Source of the DNA: Lytechinus pictus
Taxonomy: Eukaryota
Direction: 5' to 3'
Assembly: GCF_037042905.1 (NCBI RefSeq)
Contig: NC_087245.1
Span: 34,722,001-34,786,000, forward strand
DNA length: 64,000 nt
The position numbers were made by a program, and so were the translations under genes. The notes under the pieces are model-generated. The model made no database searches and was not told where the DNA came from. It saw only the letters and a list, made by a program, of their open reading frames with translations. Shown here piece by piece: positions 1 through 11,889 of this stretch (within the stretch, counting starts at the first letter, position 1; the number at the start of each line of letters is the position of its first letter).

Positions 1-772
1 ATTTTGCCAAATGTTCAGCAATGTTTCTTTTTCTGCTTTTATTAATACCAACTTTACACCAGGGTAATCTACACCCTCAAAACCCACTTTTATGCCAGGG
101 TGAGCATCCTTTTTCTCAACATGTGCTCCCATGCCAATGGCTTTTGCCTCTGAAGTTGGGGTGATATACTTATTTCATAAATTCAAAATATTAAATTTAT
201 CATCACCAGATTATACGTGTATGTGCAATTGAAAGGAATAGGCACACACAAAGTTGTACTTTTTTCAGAAAGTCAGCTCAACTTGCATCATACTTCCAGT
301 CCTTACTCTCCTATTCTCACTCTCTCTCCCCCTCTCTGTCGTCTCTCTCCCTCTCCACTCTTGCTCTCTCCTGCTCTATTTTATAGTTCTCTTCCCTCCC
401 TAATCCCTCCACCCCCTCCCTTTAAATCGCAGCAGACAGATGTTTTACATTATGTGAATTAAACGAAAGACTGGTGTCTACTGAATACAATAAGCTTTCA
501 AAAAATTAGATATGGAATACATTTATTATTAATGATGCATCACAATTCATCACAATTCATTGCACTGTTCATTTTTAGGGAAGGTATTCTGAAAAATAAA
601 CATGATAATGCTCGATCAGAAAATAAAATGGCCGATGAGAAATCACTGGTGGCAACTCGTGGAATTTAGTTATGTTTTCTTTTAACACTACCTATTCTAA
701 CTTGCAACATTTCCAGGAATGTTTGTTAATGACTTTGAACAACTATTCTAATACTAGTATTCACTTTTATTG

Positions 773-1155
773 AGAGGGTTGTTGGCTCAGTCGGTAACGC
801 GTCTGCCCGTCGAACCAGACCGTGGGTTCGAGTCCACCTCGGGCAATGACTGAAGCCAGTGCGTTGTGTGTAAACGTCTCTCCCATGTTTCATAGATGCA
901 GGCTTTATGTTAACAATGGAAAACACTCCGTCCCTCGGATAGGACGTTAAATGGAGGCCCCGTGTAAGGAGAGTCACCACCTTTGCACATTAAGAACCCA
1001 CTGCACTATTCATAGAATAGTAGGGGGAAACCCCGGTGTAGTGGTCCACCTGCACTACCCCAATCAGTTATATCTGGAGGAGAGACCAGCAGGTCATAGT
1101 GATTCAGTTCGCTTTTTGCCTCCCAGGCACAGGTGACGCCAAACAAATAATAATA
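773..1155 (+). mobile_element. tRNA-headed SINE with Deu/Nin-type central domain
   Basis: A-box TGGCTCAGTCGG and B-box GGTTCGAGTCC. Body contains CCCTCGGATAGGACGTTAAATGGAGG...GCACATTAAGAACCCACTGCACTATTC...TAGGGGGAAACCCCGGTGT, resembling the DeuSINE/AmnSINE1 domain as I recall it. A-rich tail. Confidence 0.75.
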
Positions 1156-2269
1156 CAGGAATAATCTAAAGAATCTTGTGATTTTCAAAAGCAGTATATG
1201 ACAAATAATATATAAACAAATTAGTGTATGAATTAAGTAATTTATGTGGAATTCACTTTTTGTAATATGTTGAATAGATTTTCATTTCTGGATCATTGAA
1301 TATGTGACTAATAAAGCAAATAAAAAAACAATGCGAGTCTATCAAAAGCCACCATGCTAGCCATTACTGTAGGTAGCCTATAAACCAACTCGGTGCATTG
1401 CACGTTTTCTATAGACAACTGTTCATAATTATCGGAATAATGTCATGAAATTCCTGAGCATGCATGGAGCAAGTTCATGTTCACTTATACACAGAGACTC
1501 CTTGCATGTAGTTCTGTAACTAAAAATCACTATTCTATTAGAAGTATGAATACATTTCAATGTCAGTTTAATGAGGACATGACTTCATTGTTTCTTGCAT
1601 GGCAGAGTTGTTAAATTGTCGCTATTGCAAACACTGATTTCCAGTATTTCACATATTTTTCTTCAGCTACAATTTCTTAAACTTTGCCTTTGGTCAAGTA
1701 TTTTGTTTTCTTATCAGGGATAAGAGTTTACTTTTTGGAAATTGAGTTGTAACAAGTTCAAAATAACTTTGAGGGGCAATTATTCAAGTCAAAAGTAAAA
1801 AAAAATCATTGTAGAAAGGGTATTTTCTTCTAACAAACCTATTCTAGATAGTATTGTGATAGATTGAAAGTTCTAATACACTGTTTGCACTTTCCCCCTT
1901 GTTAATCATGAGCCATTACCTTAAACCAATGCTTTTGCATGTATTTATTGAAATAAATACTGTATCAAACTCTATTCCTAAAATTTAAAATTCTTGGTAA
2001 TGTTCATATATTTTGTTATAAAAGTGCTCTTTGAGTATATACTAGTACATTACACATTCAGTACTTCAATACACTTGTGACCTTCCTGCTTGTGAAAGCT
2101 CCTAATGGAAACTGGAATAAGATATTTATGAAAAAAAATATGTCCTGCCTTTCATTCATTCTCCTTGGGAGACAATGATTTTAAGTTATCGGTTTATTAC
2201 AAATATACAACATGATATAAGCACCAAAGTATAATCAACTGCATTGACATGATAAAGACTTGATAAAAA

Positions 2270-2812
2270 CCTGGGTCCCTTCTAACAAAGAGTTACGATT
2301 GATCCAATCAATCGTAACTCTATAGAAATCCATCAGTGTCATAATTTTTTCCATAGAAAATTTGCACAATGCCCTCTGTAAACAAAAAGAAGCACAGTGA
2401 ATTTTCAAGAAAACACTGAATGCATGAATATACATCATAGAAAATATTTTGAACATGTCTTTTAGATGTTGACGTTGCTGGCCGTTCATAGTTGTGACTG
2501 ATCGGATCAATTGTAACTCTTTGTAAGATAGGGTCCAGGGCCCCGTCTTACTAAGAGTTATGATTGATCCAATCAATCGTAACTCTATGGAAATCCATCA
2601 GTGTCATAATTTTTTCTGCATAAAATTTCCAAAATGTCCTTTGTAAACAAAGGCGAACACACCAAATTGTAAAGAAAACAATGAAATTATGTAATTTACG
2701 TCATATCTAGAAAACATTTTGAACATTCATGCATTTTAGATGATGACGTTGCTGGCCATCCATAGTTGTGATTGATCGGATCAATCGCAACTCTTTGTAA
2801 GACGGGCCCCTG
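2270..2812. mobile_element. Two tandem copies of a ~270-bp MITE with terminal inverted repeats
   Basis: Second copy has GGCCCCGTCTTAC...GTAAGACGGGCCCC ends and internal GATTGATC repeats. Related copies lie near 38030-38088 and 48560-48855. Confidence 0.7.
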
Positions 2813-3481
2813 GTATCCTTCCACAAGTTAATTCAAATACATGTGTGTTTAGCTTGGAGTACAATTACAAAAGATAGAATAATGAATATATTTATATATT
2901 CATTAAATATAATTAAATACATCTAAAAATGTATTCTCTGAGTGTTTACACCACAGAGCTCATCAGGATTTGACACACAACTCCATTCAGCAATATCTTG
3001 ATGTATTCTAAAACAAAGGAAGAAAAATTGTCCAGAAACCAAGTTGTGCAATAATTCAGGCTACTGCTGCACGATATGAAGATATCAAAATACTTTGCCA
3101 TCAAAACTTCAATGAATAGTCAATAATGGGTCCATAATTAACTACTGTGAAAAATTAGTGGTTTCAATGAGTTTCAGTCAAGAAACGGCCTGAAACAGAA
3201 ATTATCCGTTAACCCAATCAAACTCAACAGGTCACCCACCCCCCCCCCCTTCTAAAAGATATGTCACAACATGGACCTCCAATAATTGCATGAAACTTCC
3301 CAACAATACCCTATCCTCAAATACCAACACCGACACTATTGAAAGATGTTCTTAAGAAAAAAAAAAAATTGCATAAAAACAAGGCACACAAGATGGAGGC
3401 AACCAGAAGACAGTAACAGTACAAGACTTTGTTTTGAAATAAAACTGAATTTGTATTGCATGATTGACTTAATACATAAAA

Positions 3482-3872
3482 CAGTACCGCAGTGTGATGT
3501 CATCAATCTCACTTTTGGCATTTCAGCATTTTGTCCCAAATTTTTTGAGTGCATGATGAAAAACCCCCCACTCCCAAAATGTGGTGAGAATCTGTCCATG
3601 GGGCCCCAAGATATGACCTCATGAATACATAATTAGCCCAATCGAAGTCAGTGTATTATTGGCCTGGTTCTAAAAGATAGGAACCAGGCCAATAATACGT
3701 TGACTTCAATGGGGCTAATAATGTATTCATGAGGTCATAACTCAGGCCCCCATGGACCGGTTCTCACCACATTTTGGGAGTGGGTTTTTTTCATAATGCG
3801 CTACAAAAATATGGTATAAAAAACGCTGAAATGCCAAAAAGTTTTTTGTGACATCATCACTTCTGTACTCTG
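3482..3872. mobile_element. Fold-back (almost fully palindromic) MITE
   Basis: Long imperfect inverted arms centred near 3675, e.g. ATTATTGGCCTGGTTC / GAACCAGGCCAATAAT and ACTCCCAAAATGTGGTGAGAA / TTCTCACCACATTTTGGGAGT. Confidence 0.75.
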
Positions 3873-4198
3873 TAACATACCGGTATGTGTCCAGCCACCC
3901 CAAAACCAACAATAGCTGAAATATCAAGTTGGACTTAAAATAGTAAATATAAAAAAAAAAAACTTGTTCAAAAAAATTCTTCATTCTGTCAAGATTTGAA
4001 GTTGTAATGTATAATACAGGAAAAAAACACAGGTTTCTCTGGCACCTCTTTCTTTCTGTACTTGAAAATTTCTCAAAATTTATTTTGAGTAACATGTGTG
4101 GTTTTGGGAAGCAGGTCACATATTCTCAAATTATAACCAATAGTAAAATAAAACAACGACAAAAGTACATAAGCTTCACTAGATGATTATGATAATCT

Positions 4199-4204
4199 TT
4201 TATT
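4199..4204 (-). terminator. Candidate poly(A) signal AATAAA for SLC25A32
   Basis: TTTATT on the plus strand about 265 nt past the stop codon; more distal signals are possible. Confidence 0.35.
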
Positions 4205-4468
4205 ACCATTGAGAATAAAAAGATGGCATTTATCAATCATTTCATATCTTTACCACAAACTCTCATTTCTTATAATGAGAATCCTTGTAAGTGGAAAATA
4301 TATTCGCACGAGCACAATTTCAAACTCGCATAGACAATTGCACTACTAATTTGAAGAAAAAAAATTATCTTTGATCTACGCTTGGCGCCCTCTGATGTTG
4401 GTTGTGAGAAGTACTGAAGGTTAATGCATCGTCCATGTCTTGTCATCTGTACACCTATCCCTGTAAGT

Positions 4469-4595
4469 TCATCCTTTGGGTGGCAGTAACGCATGGGATA
4501 TCTTCTCATAGACAACGAATGTTATACAACAGGCAGGTGTGACTCTCAAAAGGTTTGGTACCAATCCCTTATAAAAGCCCTTCCATCCTTCACCC
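4469..4595 (-). CDS. SLC25A32: Mitochondrial folate/FAD carrier, coding exon 7 (last)
   Basis: tttcacag acceptor; (R)[41 protein letters not shown] then TGA. The seven exons sum to 951 nt (316 aa + stop). Confidence 0.95.
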
Positions 4596-5040
4596 CTGTG
4601 AAAAAGAAAGAGAGAGAGAGAGGGGGGGGGGGGGGATAAAAACAAATGATAGAAATATAAGCATAAAATTTTAGTTAGGCTGACAGGATTCCACCATCTA
4701 CTGACTATAAAAGGAAGCAACTCTATGGAATGTGTTTCTTAGTTAATGAAGAAAATGTGTCGTTGTTTGATTCGAAAATATATAGTTACTTGCTCTTGAA
4801 GCAACCATCAGTACTCCAGAAATTAGGGGCTGTGTGACTCCAATTCCTTTAGCATCATGTAGAGTACACAGGAAATATCCCAAATGAAGAAAAAAATGAA
4901 AAATTTTGTCAGTGGATGACAGAATTGCACTTTCAAGATTGCAAAGGCTATAGCACCTTCTGTGGCACCCAGTAGTGCATGCTATGGTAGTCTCCTTTGT
5001 GTGAGACGCTGTCCTTTGTGTGAGACGCTGTATACATATA

Positions 5041-5676
5041 CAGTTGAGGCCAAAAGTTTACATACACCCATGGAATTCAGTTAAATTTGTTCACTTGCCA
5101 AACATTGTAATAGTTACTATATCTTAAGAAATATAAATACTACAATGACTTATTTGGTATCAAATAAAAGAGCGTATTCAGCTTGTTCACATAATTGGGA
5201 TGTCATTGGAATTAAAGTATATTTAAGGTGGAATTTTTTTTAAGCCAAAAAAGTAATATTAGTTGTAAATGTATTCTATTGTTTGTTATTATATTTTCTA
5301 ACATCGTTTCATAGAAATATATAAATGTCAAATCTATGATTTATATTACATTTTCTATCATGATATGTCACAACTGAACAAAACAGTGTAATCTGAAATG
5401 TTTGTGTTGAGAAGTCACTAGCACAAATATGAAATGTTTTTGTCAAGTTTTTATTTCTAATTTGTCTAAAATATGAAGATTTTGGGGGAGAAAATGACAC
5501 CTAAATATTTTTCAGCTCCTGATGACAAAGCAATGAGATGAAGAGGCATGACATACTCATTTGTTTGATATCAAATTCGTCACAATAGCACAAATATTTT
5601 ATAAGATACAGTAAATTTTATGATGTCAACTTTTCTTTGAATTTCCTGGGTGTATGTAAACTTCCGGCCTCAACTG
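5041..5676. mobile_element. Tc1/mariner-type non-autonomous element
   Basis: TA-flanked TIRs CAGTTGAGGCCAAAAGTTTACATACACCCA / TGGGTGTATGTAAACTTCCGGCCTCAACTG; no transposase ORF. Confidence 0.85.
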
Positions 5677-5704
5677 TATGTGAGATGATGAGAACATGCT
5701 AATC

Positions 5705-6178
5705 CCAGTGTAATAGGTTTCACAGTATACCATGTATCTTTCTAGGGCAATTATTGGTCCTGAACAGGACCACCCAAACTTGATGTTTCAACAAGTGTGT
5801 TCTTGACATCTTCAGAAGTATTTTCTACTTGATGCTTAGAGCATTTAAAAAAAAAAATCATTTAAAAATGCTTATGATATAATAATAATAATAATAATAA
5901 CAATTTTATATACCGCAAAATCGCAAAATTGCCTCTAAGCGGTTAAGAGAAAGGAAAATGAAGTATAAAGGAAATAGAAATAGAAATACTTTGCACAACA
6001 AAATGTATCAAAACTAATATTACAATTTACAATATAGTTGTTGGAAATATGGAAATCTATTATATTTCATTGAAGACAACGAGAACACACTTGTCAAAAT
6101 GTCGAGTATGGGTGGTCCTTTTCAGGATCAACAATTGCCCACTAAAGATACATGGTGTATAGTGAAACCTACTACACT
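5705..6178. repeat. Inverted pair of ~110-bp Penelope/retrozyme-like fragments carrying degenerate hammerhead motifs
   Basis: 5705-5821 (minus) and 6070-6178 (plus) are reverse-complement homologues containing (C)TGAAGA-stem-GAAAC-NTC. Confidence 0.55.
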
Positions 6179-6654
6179 ATTCTACTTCGCCATGGAAACC
6201 TTCAGAAGTTAAATGCTAATGCTACTTTCCTAATTGAAATCATTTTTAAATGCTTATAATATAGTTGTCGGAAATCCATTATATTTCATTGTGTTTTATG
6301 TATATGTTCAAATTTCCAACATCCTTCTATCTATCTACCTATGCTGTCAGAATAAAAAAAAGATTTTATTTGGCATCACTCAGCCCCCCCCCCCCCTTTC
6401 CCCAAAAAAATATTACGCTTAGACGGACAAACCAAAGCACAGGACTAAAACATCAAATGGGTTGGGCTAGTATGATTTGGATCATTTTTTTTGTAAACTC
6501 ACATTAGGTGTTGGAGCGAAGGAAGGCAATCTAAATTATGCTTCAACCACCAACACCAACATTGAATTTGACAATATAATGCATTGTTATATTGCATTAT
6601 TAATTCAAGAGTTAACACAGAATCACAGAACAAGAAGAATTACACAAGATTTAC

Positions 6655-6800
6655 CTGTACGTTACACTAATTGTATTCCTGACTCCTTGATACTGCGCGT
6701 GTTGATCTTGTAACCTGGACCGTACTACTTGGTAAGGGTATGTGGTTACTACGGCAAACATCTTTGATAGCGCTGCAAAGGTGATGTATTCTAAGGCACC
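6655..6800 (-). CDS. SLC25A32: SLC25A32 coding exon 6
   Basis: cccag acceptor, gtaaat donor; [34 protein letters not shown]...; 146 nt; third carrier-repeat motif PYQVVRSR. Confidence 0.95.
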
Positions 6801-7082
6801 CTGGGATAGACAGAAATATGGAGGTTTGATATTTATTCCGAAATAATTTCAATCCTCTTCAGTGATTTGTAATAATTGATCGTCAAAGAAAAATATTTTT
6901 ATAAAATATAATAAAAATGTGTGTGGTTGATAGATCTTAGAAAACTATAGTAAAAAATGTTCATTTGCATATCTATAATTATTATAATTATCATTCAATA
7001 TACAATGTATACTGGTCTGATGAAATCTTGAATGAAAAACTGTTACAATATCAAGAATCACCATGTAAAATAGAAAGCTTAC

Positions 7083-7196
7083 CAGTTGTCCCGTTGATGG
7101 TAGACCCATGTGGCTATTGTACGACTTCTTTAGCTCTTCATAAGCCATGAACTGCAATGCACCATGGGATACACCAAACAGTCCTGGCACAAGACC
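7083..7196 (-). CDS. SLC25A32: SLC25A32 coding exon 5
   Basis: ctgtag acceptor, gtaagc donor; [24 protein letters not shown]...; 114 nt. Confidence 0.95.
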
Positions 7197-7711
7197 CTAC
7201 AGAATAAATTGATATTTATATTTTTGACTTTATGATTGCTTTAATGTTTGATGATCATCATTCTAATGCTTGTAGATACATAATGATGAGATCGGGGGAG
7301 GTATTGTGGGGGTTGGCTTTAAGTGACCAAATCACATGTATGACCATTGTATTTTGCCGAATATCTTAATTTTATTTTTACCATTAGTTTTCTGACCTGG
7401 ATGGAGTTGGGGAGGTATGGGGAGGAAGACCTGTGGGTTATGGCTATTAAGTTAGCCTTTTCCATACCCACTCCAACTCTCATCCGGGTCTTATTTTCTC
7501 TTTCATGTATCATCATATCTGATTTGTTTGTATTCTCTGTTTTTTAAAATGCCAAATAAAATAATAACAACCAAAGGAACATGTTATCAGCATTATAGCT
7601 AGGCACCTGTAATTGCAGCGAAAAATTATTTCATGAGCAAATCTTTCAAATCAAGGATAATTGTCACCATATCAAGGGAGATCTAAATTTTGTTTATTTA
7701 CACAAATTTAA

Positions 7712-8385
7712 CCCTAAAAGGACAGGGGGTTATATTTCTGAATTTCTGAAACGCATAAAGATAGCGCCACAAAATGTTATGACTTTTTTTCTTTCAAGTC
7801 TCGCACAACTTTTGAGACCAAATTCGCGACATACGGGTATAGCATCGCGATGTCACATGACTTTTTACGAGACAATGTCATGCCGAAAAAGGCTCATTTT
7901 TATACTTTGTGTACAAAGTCTATGGGAGATGAAATTCATAAAAGGGTGATTATTTTTCATTCTAATTGGTCTGCTTAATTAATTTAGGGTTTAATTTAGT
8001 TGATAATGGTCTGTAATAATTTCTATTGAAAAAACAACAAAAAACAAAAGATGAAATACATAAGAAATTCTAAAAACAAAGAAATACATTCAGGAAAAAA
8101 TTGGCTTTCGCAATTTTTCTTTATGGAAAAGTATAAATCAGATTACAAAGATGACATCTGCAAAAAAAAGAAGAAATTTTGAAGTGAATTGGGTGTAAAA
8201 TATGCAAATAATGTTTTTCATGAATAAATTTGCATATTTTATTCATAAACAATTCAAAATAATTATTTTTCAGAATTTTATTTTAAAACTAGCATGTAGT
8301 TTATGTGGTAAAGAATGTGTGTGCCAAATTTTGGCGCGCACCCTATAGTCCTCAATACATCTCAAATAGCCCAGTCCTTATAGGG
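7712..8385. mobile_element. piggyBac-type MITE
   Basis: TTAA-CCCTAAAAGGAC...GTCCTTATAGGG-TTAA: TTAA TSD with CCCT/AGGG termini. Confidence 0.7.
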
Positions 8386-9332
8386 TTAACTCTGTGAAAT
8401 GATACAATATAACCTGAAAAAGACAGGACATTTGGCTGGATGGCCGTGAATGTTTAGTCAATTCCTCAGCAATTAAACATTTTTTACCAAAATCATGTGG
8501 CACATATTTTGCATTTATACACAGAAACACTCGGTTGGTCATTTCACTGGAATCTGTTCAAAATTAATTTGAAAAAAAAAATGCTGAAGTGTCTAATCTC
8601 ACCCTTGCAGTGTCTTTGCCCATATTGAGTAGTCATACATGTGCATGTAGAATAAGTATTATGACTAGTTTGGGTTTTGTATGGCGACAGCTTATCAAAT
8701 AATAAGGATTCACACCTTTTATAACAGATGATACGCATGTTCAGGGATGAATTAATCGTTGTTTTACACGACAACAGGGAGAAAATTTGAATATTTCATA
8801 TAATAATATACAAAAGAAATAGTGAGTGAGTGATGTCATCAGTCTCCTCATTTGCATACCGACAAGGATGTGAGTATAACTGTTTTGTGAAATTAAGCAA
8901 AACTTTAAAATGTCATAACTTTCTTATTTTACATCCGATTTTGATGAAATTTTCAGTGTTATGCTTGTTGGATTTTTCTCTTTTTATTCAAATCAACTTT
9001 TTATTGGGGTGGACTTTTCCTTTAAGTATTATGACTAGTTTGGGTTTTGTATGACGACAGCTTATCAAATAACAAGGATCTACACCCTTCAAAGCAGATG
9101 ATACACATCACTTGTTCAAGTATTAGTATTATAACCCACACTTAGTTTGAAACAGCTACACACCCTTGTTGTATATTTGTATTATTTGTATACTACAAAG
9201 GGGCATGGACCTTTTATAAATTGTCAACAACAGTTTTAAGCTAATAAAATTATTTGATTTGATTAGCTGATCGTAAATTTGTTACAGAAATCATGCACTT
9301 GTTTTCATGACAGGACCCTGAACTTGAATCAC

Positions 9333-9508
9333 CTTATAGAGTCCCCGAAGTCCTTCGTATCTATGGATTTTGATCAAGGCATCCCACATCCCTCGATATT
9401 TCCTCCCCGAACCTCCAGCATCGGTCTTCTTGTCAATGCCATCGTACTGAAGACAGAGTCGTGTTTTCACCACCCATATGGGATTGGTTATGAAGAGAGT
9501 TAATACAC
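9333..9508 (-). CDS. SLC25A32: SLC25A32 coding exon 4
   Basis: ctcgcag acceptor, gtgatt donor; [22 protein letters not shown]...YEGLRGLYK. The PIWVVKTR motif is characteristic of the folate carrier. Confidence 0.95.
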
Positions 9509-10072
9509 CTGCGAGAAATAAGGACATCATAAGATAGGCTGGTGAGAACACAGTGAATTATTCTATTTTACCGTTGTACTAAAGAAAGAATTGTGTTTTC
9601 ACCAGCCAAATAGGGTTGGTTATGAAGAGTCTCTACGGATATCATGAAATGGGCTGATGAGAACATGCTAAAGTATTCTAGTACCACTGAATAGGCCTTG
9701 CCTTTCAGATTCCAATTTGGGTAAAGTGTGTCCCAGGTTTTATCAAATATCTTGCAGAGCAATTGGACCATAATTCTAATGTATTTTCTGACTTATTTAT
9801 GAAAATTGAGTACTAGATGAATGTACAATCAAGTAAACAACATTACATCCAGTAATAATTGAGGTTTATGGAATAATGTAAGTGACTTGGGAGTATATGA
9901 ATTGAGTGTGTTTAAATTAATTTTGAATTATTTAAAATCTTGATAATTACAGTAGAAGCAGAAAACAAGAGAATGAAATATCAATAAAAAAAAGGATGAA
10001 CTGAAATTAATATCAAGCATGCATCCTGATAGGTATGACATACCTTGCTTAAAAAGATCCAAACATCCAAAT

Positions 10073-10415
10073 AAACTAGAAATTGGACGTGTCCAAAGGA
10101 CACAGATGCCCCCCGCTTAACGCGATCAGAAATTCATTCAATATGATTGAACTTAATATCAATTAGAAATCAATATGCATAAATATAATGAACAAACTTA
10201 GACCTTTGAACCAGGTCGCATATACAGAGCTGTGACCTTTGACCTGCGGACTCCGAATTTGAATTTAGCCTGTATTTTGGTGTCATCTACCTACACACCA
10301 AAAATGTTCAAAATCCAGTAATATTTTTCGAGTTATTGCGCGGAAACCAAGTGGGGGGACGGACAGGGGCAACGCTTAATGCCCCCTCCGGACTTCGTCT
10401 GCGGGGGCATAAAAA
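10073..10415. mobile_element. Helentron-associated (DINE-1/HINE-like) non-autonomous element
   Basis: AAACTAG end with a short hairpin, subterminal inverted repeat ATGCCCCCCGC / GCGGGGGCAT, A-run at the other end. Confidence 0.5.
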
Positions 10416-10522
10416 TATCCTACCCAAAACCTACTGGTAATATAGGATTTCAATTATCATTCTTGCTAGGAAATATTATAATTGTGAAAATGAGAAGATA
10501 GGCATTCAAAAGGAAAACTTAC

Positions 10523-10608
10523 CCGATTGTGCAGCGGCCAACATGTGATGTCCAGGGCCAAGCGGTGTCGAGGTATCTCCCTGCATGTATGTCTTTATTG
10601 CATTGTAA
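10523..10608 (-). CDS. SLC25A32: SLC25A32 coding exon 3
   Basis: tttatag acceptor, gtaagt donor; (F)YNAIKTYMQGDTSTPLGPGHHMLAAAQS(G); 86 nt; not in the ORF track. Confidence 0.93.
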
Positions 10609-10689
10609 CTATAAACAAAACAAAGAAATAATTCGAACTTACAAGCACCGTAAATGAAACACCATTAAGAAACTCTGGATACAATTACG

Positions 10690-11517
10690 GTGAGGTTCAC
10701 CCTGATGATAAATTGGTTTTTAAAAAAGATGAAAAATTTGAGAAAAATATTGGTGAAAGTTTGATAAAAATCTGTGACAGAATAAGGGAATTCTACATCA
10801 TCAATATGAAGAGCTTAGACTATGAAACGTCACCGACGTACAGCTCCTCCAAATGTGTGATCATATAAAGTCCCCAAAATGCCTTTTGCTCAAAAACTTA
10901 AAGGGGCACATATACCTGACTTTCAATGAGGGTACAAAATATTAGTTGGAGAGATCACAAAACAAAAGATGAAATTTATGGAGATCTTCCACCTTTCTCC
11001 ACTATGGTAATTAAAATATTTCCTGGTCACTGTTTTCATAGTGAGAAGGAAGTTATTTCTTATGTACTTTTGTTGCGCCTTCCTCATAAAACCAGAGGAC
11101 GGAGACCTTTATATTTTGTTGATTGCATATGTAGGGATACAAATAATTTGTTCCATGATTTACCAACTCTCGTGTCAGATCGCGAAGCCTGGCGTACCAT
11201 TGTTGATTCATTCTCGGATGTGTCCTAATTTGTAGTGTAGTGTGAAAGTGATATTTGTGGGGTGGATACATCATCAGATATACATCATTTCATACCACTT
11301 CTATAGCAAAAATATGTTAATTCATCATGTTTAATTAAAGTATTGGAATTATGAAATTTATATTGCATAACTTACATGGTGAGCTGCTCACTTTGGGCAT
11401 CAATAATCTTTAAAAAAAATTAACAACTCTCTTATGATTGATGAATAAAAATAAATAATAAAACCCACATTTTTCTCTAATTTTTCTCCTTTTATCATCA
11501 GGGTGAATTCCCCTTAA
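10690..11517. mobile_element. Kolobok-like MITE interrupted by a 3' fragment of a LINE (possibly RTE-like, ~10900-11245, plus strand)
   Basis: Ends TTCACCCTGATGATAAA / TTTATCATCAGGGTGAA. ORF 10926-11228 (ISWRDH...EIY...GHC...WRTIV) resembles the C-terminus of an RTE-type ORF. Confidence 0.5.
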
Positions 11518-11612
11518 CAGCTCCGGTACACACAACTGCACATATTAACTTGAAAATGTTCAATGCATAAACAGCGTATCATTTGAAGTTGAATCAATGG
11601 CATGGAACTCAC

Positions 11613-11763
11613 AAAAAGAAGTAGAATCCCCATGATGCTCCTGCACCCCACACGTTAGGTGTGACCCCCTGGTAGAGGCCTTGGTAGCCCCTCTGCTTGA
11701 CAATGCTCCGGAAGGCATGGACCAGTCCATTGTACGTGGGTCGTGCTTGATTTCCATCACTCA
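11613..11763 (-). CDS. SLC25A32: SLC25A32 coding exon 2
   Basis: ttacag acceptor, gtgagt donor; (V)[12 protein letters not shown]...[22 protein letters not shown]; 151 nt. Confidence 0.95.
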
Positions 11764-11889
11764 CTGTAATAAATGACATAAAAACATGAATTATGAGCAT
11801 ATTTCAGACCATATTTCCTTTACTAGACTGTTTTTTTTTTTAAATCGCAATTTTAACAATCACCACAGATAATTATCAATTCTGAAATG

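Noticed and set aside
4270..4515. Overlapping ORF or stop-codon readthrough/selenocysteine at the SLC25A32 TGA
   Set aside because: The carrier is complete at the normal length, and I see no SECIS or recognisable extension.
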